Assembly: GCA_017656255.1 (NCBI GenBank)
Contig: JACDOE010000003.1
Span: 457 to 64,456, forward strand
Direction of reading: 5' to 3'
DNA length: 64,000 nt
Origin: Bacillaceae bacterium
GTDB lineage: Bacteria > Bacillota > Bacilli > JACDOE01
Each line of letters begins with the position of its first letter. Positions within the stretch are counted from its first letter, which is position 1. The notes under the pieces are model-generated. The model worked only from the letters and a program-made list of their open reading frames with translations, was not told the origin of the DNA and made no database searches. Positions 9,077 to 16,643 of the stretch are shown one piece after another. The position numbers and the translations under genes were made by a program.

Positions 9077-9280
9077 TTAATTTCCCCCATCTCTCTCATC
9101 TTCCTTGATCGGCTTCACCGGAACCTCCGGACTCACAATCAATGAATCCGACGGCGTATCAAACATGGCGGAGGTGGTAATCTCCTCCGTATCTCCCACC
9201 AGCACCAACGATGCCCCACCGACCCCGCCGATCTCAACCTCTTTCACAGACAGTTTTTTATTGCGCACCGTCATTTTCAT
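9077..9280 (-). CDS. GerPD-like spore germination protein paralog (divergent from the gerP operon)
   Basis: MKMTVRNKKLSVKEVEIGGVGGASLVLVGDTEEITTSAMFDTPSDSLIV matches the GerPD pattern (..V.GVSSSS.FLIGDT..I.LSS.FDTP..). ATG 9280 lies 6 nt after SD GGAGGGAGGG. Confidence 0.6.
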   Translation of the reverse strand: MKMTVRNKKLSVKEVEIGGVGGASLVLVGDTEEITTSAMFDTPSDSLIVSPEVPVKPIKEDERDGGN

Positions 9281-9455
9281 CAGGGACCCTCCCTCCATCA
9301 TCTCAGATAAGTATATGCCAGATATATGATTTCCTGACCCATCACCGAAAAAAGTTCTCTGTCAGCCCTTTGCTCTCATATATATAGATGAACACCCAGT
9401 ATCGATCCACATACAATACATACAAGAAGTCTTTGCAAAAAGGGTGTCGTTTTTC

Positions 9456-9713
9456 ATGCCGGCTATCGTGGGAACCGTGAATATCAATACCGCCAGCGGC
9501 GTGTTTAATATTGGGGATGTTCAGATCATCGCGCCCAGAAGTTTTGACAAAACCTTCGCCGGCGGCGGTTCGTTCAACGCGGGGGAAAAGCTGCTCATCC
9601 AGAACGCCCCCAGTATCATCAACATCTATGAATCGGATGATGATCCGAATTTTTACAGCCAGTATTTGCTGGATGCCGGTCAGGATGATCTGAAAAGGGG
9701 AGGGAAACGATGA
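9456..9713 (+). CDS. gerPA: Spore germination protein GerPA
   Basis: MPAIVGTVNINTASGVFNIGDV..KTFAGGGSFNAGE is a typical GerPA/GerPF family N-terminus. The internal ATG follows AAGGGTG. First gene of a 6-gene cluster. Confidence 0.8.
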   Translation: MPAIVGTVNINTASGVFNIGDVQIIAPRSFDKTFAGGGSFNAGEKLLIQNAPSIINIYESDDDPNFYSQYLLDAGQDDLKRGGKR

Positions 9714-9931
9714 TAAACTTTTATGTTCATCAAAATATTGACATCCACACCATCAAGATTGAGGGGATTTCCAACTCGTCCGTTTTTCAAATCGGCAGCG
9801 CCGGGATCATCAAACCCTTATCCCAGTTGTTTAACACAGGCGGATTTGCCCAGCCGGCACCTCCGGCAGGGCCACAACCGTTTGCACCTGCCCCGATCCC
9901 CCTGATCCCGCTCACCGAACCGACAACGTAG
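9710..9931 (+). CDS. gerPB: Spore germination protein GerPB
   Basis: 73 aa with IKIEGISNSSVFQIGSAG and a Pro-rich tail. ATGA overlap with gerPA. Second position in the operon. Confidence 0.7.
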   Translation: MINFYVHQNIDIHTIKIEGISNSSVFQIGSAGIIKPLSQLFNTGGFAQPAPPAGPQPFAPAPIPLIPLTEPTT

Positions 9932-9985
9932 GCAAAAACCGATCCTTCGTCGCATAAGCTTATAAGAAAGCGATACTTTAGAAGG

Positions 9986-10618
9986 ATGATGTCTATGTAT
10001 CTGGGGCCGGAATTGATGCGTTATTTTCAACAGATTCAGCAGCAGCTGTATGCCCAGGACAAAAAAATCGACCAGTTGAATCGAACCATCCAGCAATTGA
10101 TGCAGGAAATCAACCATCTGAAAAACAGGCAGCCGGAACCACCGGTGATCCACAATGATTACAAATTTGATTTGCTCAAAATCGAGAGGCTGGACGGCAC
10201 ACTCAACATCGGGCTCAACCCGAACGGAGCCGGTTCATCCATCGAAGAGTTTGATGTAAACCAGTCAGTTAAGGAACCGGAAATCTCTCAGCAACACCCC
10301 GAACTTTACCAGAACATTCAAAGCCAGATCAATGATTATTTTCAACATGACATCGATCAAATTTTGAATGACATCGAGGATAAATACCAGTACAAACTGG
10401 ATATGTCCTATCGAAAGCTGATTATCGATGATGTGAGAAAACAGGTCGGCAAACGGATTCTTTATTATTTAAAACAGGTCAAGCTAGACCAGGCCAAACC
10501 GGATCAACTGGCGCAAATCCAGAAAAACACAGTGGATAAGGTAAAACGGGATGTGGAAAAAACTCTGGATGCCTATATCCGGAATTTGCCCCGTAAAAAG
10601 GAGGATGACGACGATTGA
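9986..10618 (+). CDS. gerPC: Spore germination protein GerPC
   Basis: 210 aa with coiled-coil N-terminus (QQLYAQDKKIDQLNRTIQQLMQEINHLK) followed by YKFDLLKIERLDGTLNIGLNPNG, the GerPC pattern. Confidence 0.8.
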   Translation: MMSMYLGPELMRYFQQIQQQLYAQDKKIDQLNRTIQQLMQEINHLKNRQPEPPVIHNDYKFDLLKIERLDGTLNIGLNPNGAGSSIEEFDVNQSVKEPEISQQHPELYQNIQSQINDYFQHDIDQILNDIEDKYQYKLDMSYRKLIIDDVRKQVGKRILYYLKQVKLDQAKPDQLAQIQKNTVDKVKRDVEKTLDAYIRNLPRKKEDDDD

Positions 10619-10788
10619 CATATACCGTTATCAACGAGGAGCTAAAGGTTGAGGATGCTTCCATTACTTTCATCACCACATCCTCGGTCTTTTTTGTCGG
10701 TGATATTAAGACCATATCCCTGGCTACCGCTTTTGATTCACCGCCGGAAGAGGAAATCGTGGGGGTCACCATTCCACTGCTGGAATAA
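10615..10788 (+). CDS. gerPD: Spore germination protein GerPD (not in the ORF track: 57 aa, TTG start)
   Basis: TTG 10615 overlaps the gerPC stop (gaTTGAca). Product: LTYTVINEELKVEDASITFITTSSVFFVGDIKTISLATAFDSPPEEEIVGVTIPLLE. Stop TAA at 10786-10788. Confidence 0.7.
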   Translation: MTYTVINEELKVEDASITFITTSSVFFVGDIKTISLATAFDSPPEEEIVGVTIPLLE

Positions 10789-10800
10789 AAGGAGTGTCTG

Positions 10801-11178
10801 ATGTTAAACCGTAGAATCTCTTCCGTTGACCTTCTGGACATCCTGGAGTCCGGTGACAATGCCGTGATTGAAATCGGAGATTCGAGACGGATCTCACCGG
10901 AGACCCATGTGATCGCCGTACAGCGGGAAAAAGCCATTTTTTTTGAACATGAATTTTCATTCGGTGATTACGAGATATTCTTCCGGGACATTCCCCGGCC
11001 CGTCGTGAGTGAAGATGTTGAGATCACCACCCTTCATCGATCCCCTGTGATTCAGGTGAAAAATATCGATATTTTCAGTGTCTCTACGTCAGGCGTCGTC
11101 CATATCGGATCAGGCGACAACATCCGTGCTGAAGCCCGTATTAAACACATTCGGCACCTGTTAAGAGAAGACGATTAG
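10801..11178 (+). CDS. gerPE: Spore germination protein GerPE
   Basis: 125 aa in fifth position, preceded by AAAGGAG. Contains ..VIEIGDS..IQVKNIDIFSVSTSGVVHIGSGDN.. Confidence 0.75.
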   Translation: MLNRRISSVDLLDILESGDNAVIEIGDSRRISPETHVIAVQREKAIFFEHEFSFGDYEIFFRDIPRPVVSEDVEITTLHRSPVIQVKNIDIFSVSTSGVVHIGSGDNIRAEARIKHIRHLLREDD

Positions 11179-11220
11179 TTGCGGTGATTGCCATTCATTC
11201 ATTTTGAGGAGGTATTCCCA

Positions 11221-11436
11221 TTGCCATCGATCGTAGGAGGGATCAATATAAATAGTAATGCGGGGACCGTAAATTTTGGAGACAACCTGAACATCTCCCC
11301 GGTCATAAATTCCAAGGAAATCACCGGCCAGGGGTCCGGCAATATTGGAAATGTCGTGTATACGGCTAACGGCACGAACTTAAATAACGCCGTTGATCCG
11401 GATCTGGTTGATCAGCCCAATGCGGGAAACCTGTAA
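11221..11436 (+). CDS. gerPF: Spore germination protein GerPF
   Basis: TTG 11221 lies 8 nt after GAGGAGG. LPSIVGGININSNAGTVNFGD is the GerPA/F signature. The track start at 11188 lacks an SD. Confidence 0.75.
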   Translation: MPSIVGGININSNAGTVNFGDNLNISPVINSKEITGQGSGNIGNVVYTANGTNLNNAVDPDLVDQPNAGNL

Positions 11437-11468
11437 AACAGGCGGGCACCGTTACCCTCCTGTTTTTT
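11437..11468 (+). terminator. Terminator of the gerP operon
   Basis: AACAGG-N16-CCTGTT followed by TTTTTAT, directly after the gerPF stop. Confidence 0.5.
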
Positions 11469-11564
11469 ATTGTCACATTTTTTCAACCAGAGATTATTTC
11501 TGTTTCATCCAAAACCAGACAGGCTGTATGTGAATAGGCTGATGGATGAAGGGGGGCATCCGTC

Positions 11565-12185
11565 ATGAATGATTTTCCTTCGTCCATGCGGCATTTGATG
11601 AAGTTGGCAGAAAAAATGGGTAAAATTGGTCTCCATAACCATTCATGGGATATGTTAAAGCAGATGAAAGATTTAATGGATGATGATTTCTGGTCGGAAC
11701 TGGAGAAGTTGCAACAGTTGGGTGTTCACGGTGCGGACCGGGACAGTCATGATAAAGATGACACCGTTATTCAAAAGAATAAGTCCGGCAACAAAAAACG
11801 ATCGTCAAATGTTTATAATTTGAAGTATGCGGCGGATACCCGATCAAAAGAGTATGTAAATCCTCCCGTTGATGTTTATCAAACCATCGGTAAGGTGATT
11901 GTCTGTTGTGCGTTGCCGGGGCTGGATAAGAACAGTTTAAAGATCTCGCTTACGGAAGGTCGCCTTTTGATGCTGGAAGGTAAAATCAGACAACATGATT
12001 TTGGCCGAAATCCCGAATTTGTGGTTCAGCAGGAGCGACAGCACGGTAAGTTCCTGCGCCGGATTGAACTGCCGTGCCGGGTGAAGTCTGATGATGTCAG
12101 TAAGTCGTATAAAAACGGGATTCTGGAGATGGTATTTTCCAGGGTGATCGGGGATGAGAGTGAGTATCTGGAGGTGGATTGGTGA
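11565..12185 (+). CDS. Hsp20/alpha-crystallin family protein with long N-terminal extension (spore-coat CotM/CotP-like context)
   Basis: C-terminal ~100 aa reads [58 protein letters not shown], an alpha-crystallin domain pattern. Confidence 0.8.
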   Translation: MNDFPSSMRHLMKLAEKMGKIGLHNHSWDMLKQMKDLMDDDFWSELEKLQQLGVHGADRDSHDKDDTVIQKNKSGNKKRSSNVYNLKYAADTRSKEYVNPPVDVYQTIGKVIVCCALPGLDKNSLKISLTEGRLLMLEGKIRQHDFGRNPEFVVQQERQHGKFLRRIELPCRVKSDDVSKSYKNGILEMVFSRVIGDESEYLEVDW

Positions 12186-12194
12186 CATCTATTT

Positions 12195-12938
12195 TTACAA
12201 TCCCGCTAGATATAACGCCAGCTCTCTTATCCTGTCATCCGTCTTTTTCTTTATTTCATCTCGTTTACCGTTTGATGAATAGAAGGTATCTCCTGTAATG
12301 ATGTGATCAGACAGATTAAGTATTCCTACCGCTTTTTTATTAAAACGCCTTGCTACTGCCAGTGTCGTAGCCGTTTCCATATCGACCCCGATATGGCCCT
12401 TTTCCGCCCATTTTTGGACCACATCACGGGTTTCCATCATGATGGCACTTGTTGTAAAAACCGTTCCCGTTGTATATCGATACCCCTTCTCTTCACAAAA
12501 GTTTATGGCGGCTTCGACAAGCTCACGATCAGATTTTACGATTTTTTCTTCCTTTAGATACCAGTGTGAAACACCATCCCCCATCTCAGCAGCCGTTACA
12601 ATCAGGATATCACCAAACTGAACATGACGGGACAGGCAACCAAAATATCCTGTTTGAATAAAAACATCCGTTCCCAGAGTAGCAAATTGATGAGATATGA
12701 CAGCCGCCGCTGGCCCACCAAATATATTCGCAAAACCGATTTTTCTATGATGTAAATTTCCTATCATTGAATTCCAGTGAGGTTGCCAGATGTCCTCAGA
12801 CATCATTTCCTTCCATAATGATAAGTTATGCTCATGTTCCCAGGCACCATGTAATATAAAAGATTCCGGCACCTTATCTTCTTCTATATCGAAAGCTGTC
12901 AGCCAATCTTGCTTTGTAAATTCGCCGTATAGTTTCAA
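12195..12938 (-). CDS. PNP/UDP-family nucleoside phosphorylase-like protein (cargo gene 1)
   Basis: ..GFANIFGGPAAAVISHQF.., ..ILIVTAAEMGDG.., ..GHIGVDMETATTLAVA.. resemble PNP_UDP_1 motifs. TTG start after a GGGGGG SD. Its stop lies 9 nt from the hsp20 stop. Confidence 0.7.
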   Translation of the reverse strand: MKLYGEFTKQDWLTAFDIEEDKVPESFILHGAWEHEHNLSLWKEMMSEDIWQPHWNSMIGNLHHRKIGFANIFGGPAAAVISHQFATLGTDVFIQTGYFGCLSRHVQFGDILIVTAAEMGDGVSHWYLKEEKIVKSDRELVEAAINFCEEKGYRYTTGTVFTTSAIMMETRDVVQKWAEKGHIGVDMETATTLAVARRFNKKAVGILNLSDHIITGDTFYSSNGKRDEIKKKTDDRIRELALYLAGL

Positions 12939-12997
12939 TCCTTATCCCCCCTTCTGGATGATATGGTTTCATTTCAATATATTTTTAATATATTAAC

Positions 12998-13095
12998 ACA
13001 AAAAATGGATAGCCGATCATGCTATCCATCTCAAAAACATTCACTGACAGACATCGTCAATCCCATTCAAACCTCTGCTCGCGCAAATGGGTGAG
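12998..13095 (-). pseudogene. Third remnant of a yuiH-like 3' end plus terminator hairpin
   Basis: The reverse complement of 13057-13095 reads LTHLREQRFEWD*, compared with the intact YuiH C-terminus DPWKEQRFAWD*. Hairpin ATGGATAGC-N7-GCTATCCAT plus a T-run at ~13001-13030 parallels the yuiH terminator. Confidence 0.7.
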
Positions 13096-14262
13096 TTAGA
13101 ACTGGATTTCATACGTCTTCACCTTATTGATACGATGCACATTGTCGTTGATGATTTCAAAATCTACCACATCAAATCTTAAGTCGTGATCTCCAAACTG
13201 TAAGTTGTATATAAATGTATGATCATTGATTTTGATTTGGCTGCTGATGTCATAGTGAGACTTGACAAGTGTATTTTCTTTGATTTTCCCAACCCGGATT
13301 GTTTTATCTTTAACAAAAGCAAATTCAGGTTGTGTCGGATGCCAATCCAGTTCTTCAGTCATCGTTATCTCGAAAACAGATTCTTCTACCAGATCCTGAA
13401 TAACCGTCCGGTCTTTTGTTTTATCTACATAGGAGATAAATCTTTTGTCCGGCGATACATTCAAAATATAAGCGTTTTCTTTAAACTTTATGGTCTCACC
13501 TGTGCGTTGGTCATGTGCAAGAATCACCTGTCGATGATCTTCGGTGATTCCATCAAAATAAATACGTCCATCGATCCCCCAGACACTTTTCACGAACCAT
13601 GAACCCGGTGCGTTACTTTCTTTTTCAACTCGATACACCTGCGTCCACTCTTTTTGGTGAAAGCGATAAACGTAAACGACTTTAGATGCCATTTGTTCCA
13701 TGGAGGCAACCATGAACTTCCGGCTTTGATCAATATCGACACTGTAGATATCAGAAATGTTCTCGGGGAATATGATTTCTTTCTTTTTGCCCGTCTCTAC
13801 ATGCAGGATGTAAAGATGGTCTTTCGTCAAGTCAGACAGAATGACTTCTTGTTCATTCAATATTTTGACAGCGGAAGGAGAACGGTTGTGTCGAAAATTA
13901 TAGTTTTTCCATGAATACATGATGGGATAAGAGGATATTCGATCTTCACCATAATAAATGGTCACAAATGGTATCGGCCCTACCATTGGGTCGTGGTCGT
14001 TTATCCCTTTCTTCTCAGACAGACATTTCTTACAGCTTTCTAGATCATAGAATCTCACCATTTCCTGTCCTTCTTTGATTTTGACCATACGGAATTGATG
14101 AGTGTCAGTCTCAGTTAGTTTAGCATCTTCAATCTTATTAGGTTGTTTAATGCCATTGTTCACCACCCGGGATCCAACCCCATCCTCAATCGGCTGGCAG
14201 GCATTTAGTTGTATGAAAATGAAGAAGATAATGAGAATCTGTAATAACTTTATAAACCTCAT
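13096..14262 (-). CDS. Lipoprotein, beta-rich (TolB/DPP-IV-type propeller-like), function unknown (cargo gene 2)
   Basis: Signal peptide plus lipobox (IFFIFIQLNAC). 388 aa, AT-rich by eye. RBS AAGGTGA. Confidence 0.65.
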   Translation of the reverse strand: MRFIKLLQILIIFFIFIQLNACQPIEDGVGSRVVNNGIKQPNKIEDAKLTETDTHQFRMVKIKEGQEMVRFYDLESCKKCLSEKKGINDHDPMVGPIPFVTIYYGEDRISSYPIMYSWKNYNFRHNRSPSAVKILNEQEVILSDLTKDHLYILHVETGKKKEIIFPENISDIYSVDIDQSRKFMVASMEQMASKVVYVYRFHQKEWTQVYRVEKESNAPGSWFVKSVWGIDGRIYFDGITEDHRQVILAHDQRTGETIKFKENAYILNVSPDKRFISYVDKTKDRTVIQDLVEESVFEITMTEELDWHPTQPEFAFVKDKTIRVGKIKENTLVKSHYDISSQIKINDHTFIYNLQFGDHDLRFDVVDFEIINDNVHRINKVKTYEIQF

Positions 14263-14393
14263 TGTTTCACCTTTTAATCGAATAGGTTATGACGTGATGG
14301 ATTAACTTTTTCTTGTCATCCGTATATTTCACGAAGTCATTGTCCGAGAATTGATAGACTAAATAAAAGAACAATAAATCTACTATTAGACAG

Positions 14394-14402
14394 ATTATAC
14401 CA
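14394..14402 (-). promoter_or_regulatory. Extended -10 promoter element (TGGTATAAT) for the lipoprotein gene
   Basis: Minus strand reads ..ccattataTGGTATAATctg.. ~130 nt upstream of ATG 14262. No clear -35. Confidence 0.4.
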
Positions 14403-14438
14403 TATAATGGTTTGAAGCGGTTCGGGTAAACGTATGTT

Positions 14439-14644
14439 AAAAAAATGGACAACCCCTCGGCCATGCATTTTTTATCAATAATTAAAAAAATACCATCAAT
14501 ACCATGCAAACCTCTGCTCGCACCAGGGATCGTTTCATATGTTATCCGTTCCGTTCCCAGAATCCTTCCCTGTCTTCCTTCATAGACTCTATCCCGCGCA
14601 CCCTTTTGGCACTTTTCCAGAAATACAGATGCGGCACCACGGCA
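14439..14644 (-). pseudogene. yuiH 3'-end fragment (duplicate of 15572-15778), disrupted
   Basis: Aligns base-for-base with the intact yuiH tail plus terminator. It reads [33 protein letters not shown] and then, after a frame shift, DPWCEQRFAWY*. Confidence 0.8.
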
Positions 14645-14780
14645 AATTCCTGCGCCGGATTGAACTGCCGTGCCGGTGAAGTCTGATAATGTCAGCAAGA
14701 CCTATAAAAACGGGATTCTAAAGATGGTTTTTACCAGGGTCATCGGGGATGAGAGTGAGTATCTGGAGGTGGATTGGTGA
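14637..14780 (+). pseudogene. hsp20 3'-end fragment (duplicate of 12041-12185), frameshifted
   Basis: High identity by eye (roughly nine in ten positions) to the hsp20 tail, including the identical last ~40 nt and the TGA. It has a 1-nt deletion (gtgccggTgaag vs gtgccggGTgaag) and no upstream coding part. Confidence 0.85.
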
Positions 14781-14837
14781 GTTTATATCCACGCTTCACC
14801 TGCAAAAAATTGAGTAAAGTACGGATACGTTTTCTTG

Positions 14838-14865
14838 TTTACAACAGGTGAAGATGTTATATAAT
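14838..14865 (+). promoter_or_regulatory. Sigma-A-like promoter for the NYN gene
   Basis: TTTACA (14838-14843), 16-nt spacer, TATAAT (14860-14865). Confidence 0.45.
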
Positions 14866-14926
14866 ATATATACAGAATTAATCGCTGTTGTTCACCAGTG
14901 TGTGGATGGCAGGTCAAGAGACAGCA

Positions 14927-14969
14927 GGGAGGTGCTTTAGTGCACCTCCCTCTATTATTTTAGGAGGTG
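14927..14969 (+). promoter_or_regulatory. Leader hairpin with decoy-SD/anti-SD/SD arrangement
   Basis: GGGAGGTGC-tttagt-GCACCTCCC is a perfect 9-bp stem. It is followed by TCTATTATTTTA and the true SD GGAGGTG (14963-14969). Confidence 0.45.
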
Positions 14970-14974
14970 TCTTG

Positions 14975-15532
14975 TTGGAGAATAGGACAGCTATTTTTAT
15001 TGACGGGGGATATCTGGATTCCATTCTTTTAACCAAAGGTAGAGCAAGAATTGATTACGAAAAATTGATCACCACCATGAGGGAGGATATTCCCCTTATT
15101 AGAGCTTATTATTATCATTGCCTTCCTTACCAATCTTCCAAATCTACAAAAGAAGAGTCTGATCAATTTGCACAGGCCCAACGATTTTTTAGAAGACTAA
15201 ATCGATTGGACAGCTTTACGGTTCGTCTTGGAAAACTGGCTTTTCGAGGTATAGACGATGAAGGAATTCCCATCTATGAACAAAAGAGAGTAGATGTTTA
15301 TTTGGCAACCGATCTGGTTATGCACAGTACAAAAAGAGTGATTAGTCATGCTGTTCTTTTAACAGGCGATAGTGATTTTATCCCTGCAATTGAGATAGCA
15401 AAATCCGAAGGTGTCCACATCACACTATATTATTGTAAGGATGACAGGTTAAGACCTCATGATGAATTGATTGATGCTGTTGATAATAGAAGAAAAATAA
15501 CACAAGATTTGATCGAAACCTGGAAAAGATGA
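14975..15532 (+). CDS. NYN/LabA-like (DUF88) domain protein, putative RNase (cargo gene 3)
   Basis: AIFIDGGYLDS.. and ..HAVLLTGDSDFIPAIEIAK.. are NYN/LabA motifs. TTG 14975 lies 5 nt after GGAGGTG. The track start at 14888 reads through the leader hairpin. Confidence 0.75.
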   Translation: MENRTAIFIDGGYLDSILLTKGRARIDYEKLITTMREDIPLIRAYYYHCLPYQSSKSTKEESDQFAQAQRFFRRLNRLDSFTVRLGKLAFRGIDDEGIPIYEQKRVDVYLATDLVMHSTKRVISHAVLLTGDSDFIPAIEIAKSEGVHITLYYCKDDRLRPHDELIDAVDNRRKITQDLIETWKR

Positions 15533-15571
15533 TGAATTAAGATCTAAAATGACTGCTTATGAGCAAGAAAC

Positions 15572-15601
15572 AAAAAAATGGACAGCCCCTCGGCCATCCA
15601 T
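15572..15601 (-). terminator. yuiH terminator
   Basis: Minus strand ATGGAtgGCCgaggGGCtgTCCAT plus TTTTTTT, downstream of stop 15628. Confidence 0.5.
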
Positions 15602-15627
15602 TCCTTATCATTCATTAAAAAATACTG

Positions 15628-16218
15628 TTAATCCCATGCAAACCTCTGTTCCTTCCACGGGTCGCCATACCTATGATATCCGTTCCGCTCCCAGAATCCT
15701 TCCCTGTCTTCCTTCATAAACTCTATCCCCCGCACCCATTTGGCACTCTTCCAGAAATACAGATGCGGCACCACGGCACGAAGCGGCCAGCCGTGATCCG
15801 GCGTCAACTCCTCACCATTGTGCTTGCGCGCTAGCAGGCTGGTCTCTCGCATGAAATCCTCCAGCGGAAGATTGGTAGTCCAGCCTTCCTCGGCGTGCAG
15901 CATGACATAGCGCGCTTCCGGTTTAATTTTCACATCCTTCAGGAGGTCCCGGACCAGCACCCCTTCCCAGGTATTATCCAGCTTCGACCAGCCGGTGACA
16001 CAGTGTATATCATTGTGGACCGTCGTCTGAGGCAACTGGAGAAATTCCTCCCACGTCCAGCGTTTTTCTTCTTCCACCAGGCCGAAAACACGAAGATCCC
16101 AGTTTTCCAGGTCAACCTTCGGCACATCCCCATAATGTAAAACAGGAAATCCCGTTGTGACACGCTGGTTGGGCGGTACCCGATCTCGCTTATTCCTCTC
16201 ATCGCTTCCCATCGTCAC
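15628..16218 (-). CDS. yuiH: Molybdopterin-binding oxidoreductase, sulfite-oxidase/MsrP-like (YuiH-like)
   Basis: 196 aa with ..[41 protein letters not shown].., the molybdopterin oxidoreductase domain pattern. Size and context match B. subtilis YuiH. Confidence 0.8.
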   Translation of the reverse strand: MTMGSDERNKRDRVPPNQRVTTGFPVLHYGDVPKVDLENWDLRVFGLVEEEKRWTWEEFLQLPQTTVHNDIHCVTGWSKLDNTWEGVLVRDLLKDVKIKPEARYVMLHAEEGWTTNLPLEDFMRETSLLARKHNGEELTPDHGWPLRAVVPHLYFWKSAKWVRGIEFMKEDREGFWERNGYHRYGDPWKEQRFAWD

Positions 16219-16340
16219 GTCCCTGCACCTCCGTCACAGTAGCTTCTCTTCCTATCTTACATCATACCCGGTATCTGGCAAGAGGATACAGCGCATTACC
16301 TCCTGACCGATTTATTGTCAGGTGTCGGGATCCAGGTTGA

Positions 16341-16540
16341 GTCGAAAATAATAAGGAACTTTATTTCCGCTATACCTTGAAAAAGAAGAATTTTAAATTT
16401 TTAAGTGAAAAATATTCCGCTATCCGCTTCAAATACTTCGCATAATATTGAGTTGCTTAACGGAAACCATTTCCTCTATTTTTTATAAAATGGGTAAAAC
16501 GTGGTGAAATAAAGGAAAAGATTTCCGCTATTATCCCGGT
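16341..16540. repeat. Hairpin/dyad-module array, locus L2 (4 modules, inverted relative to L1/L3)
   Basis: Modules: AATAAGGAACTTTATTTCCGCTAT, AAGTGAAAAATATTCCGCTAT, TTAACGGAAACCATTTCCTCTATT, AATAAAGGAAAAGATTTCCGCTATT. The box appears as its reverse complement, CAAATACTTCGCATAAT, at 16430-16446. Confidence 0.85.
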
Positions 16541-16643
16541 ATCCCCAAGTCCCATACCACCATCCCTATTTTCTACCATAAAGAAAAAAGCCGGCACCCG
16601 GCCGGCTTTTCCCTTTCACAAATCAAACCACAAATCAAACCAA

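Noticed and set aside
14267-14698. 143-aa minus-strand ORF.
   Set aside because: It reads out of frame across the degraded yuiH fragment and the terminator hairpin, so it is chimeric. The only possibly real part would be a 66-aa hydrophobic tail, for which I found no SD.
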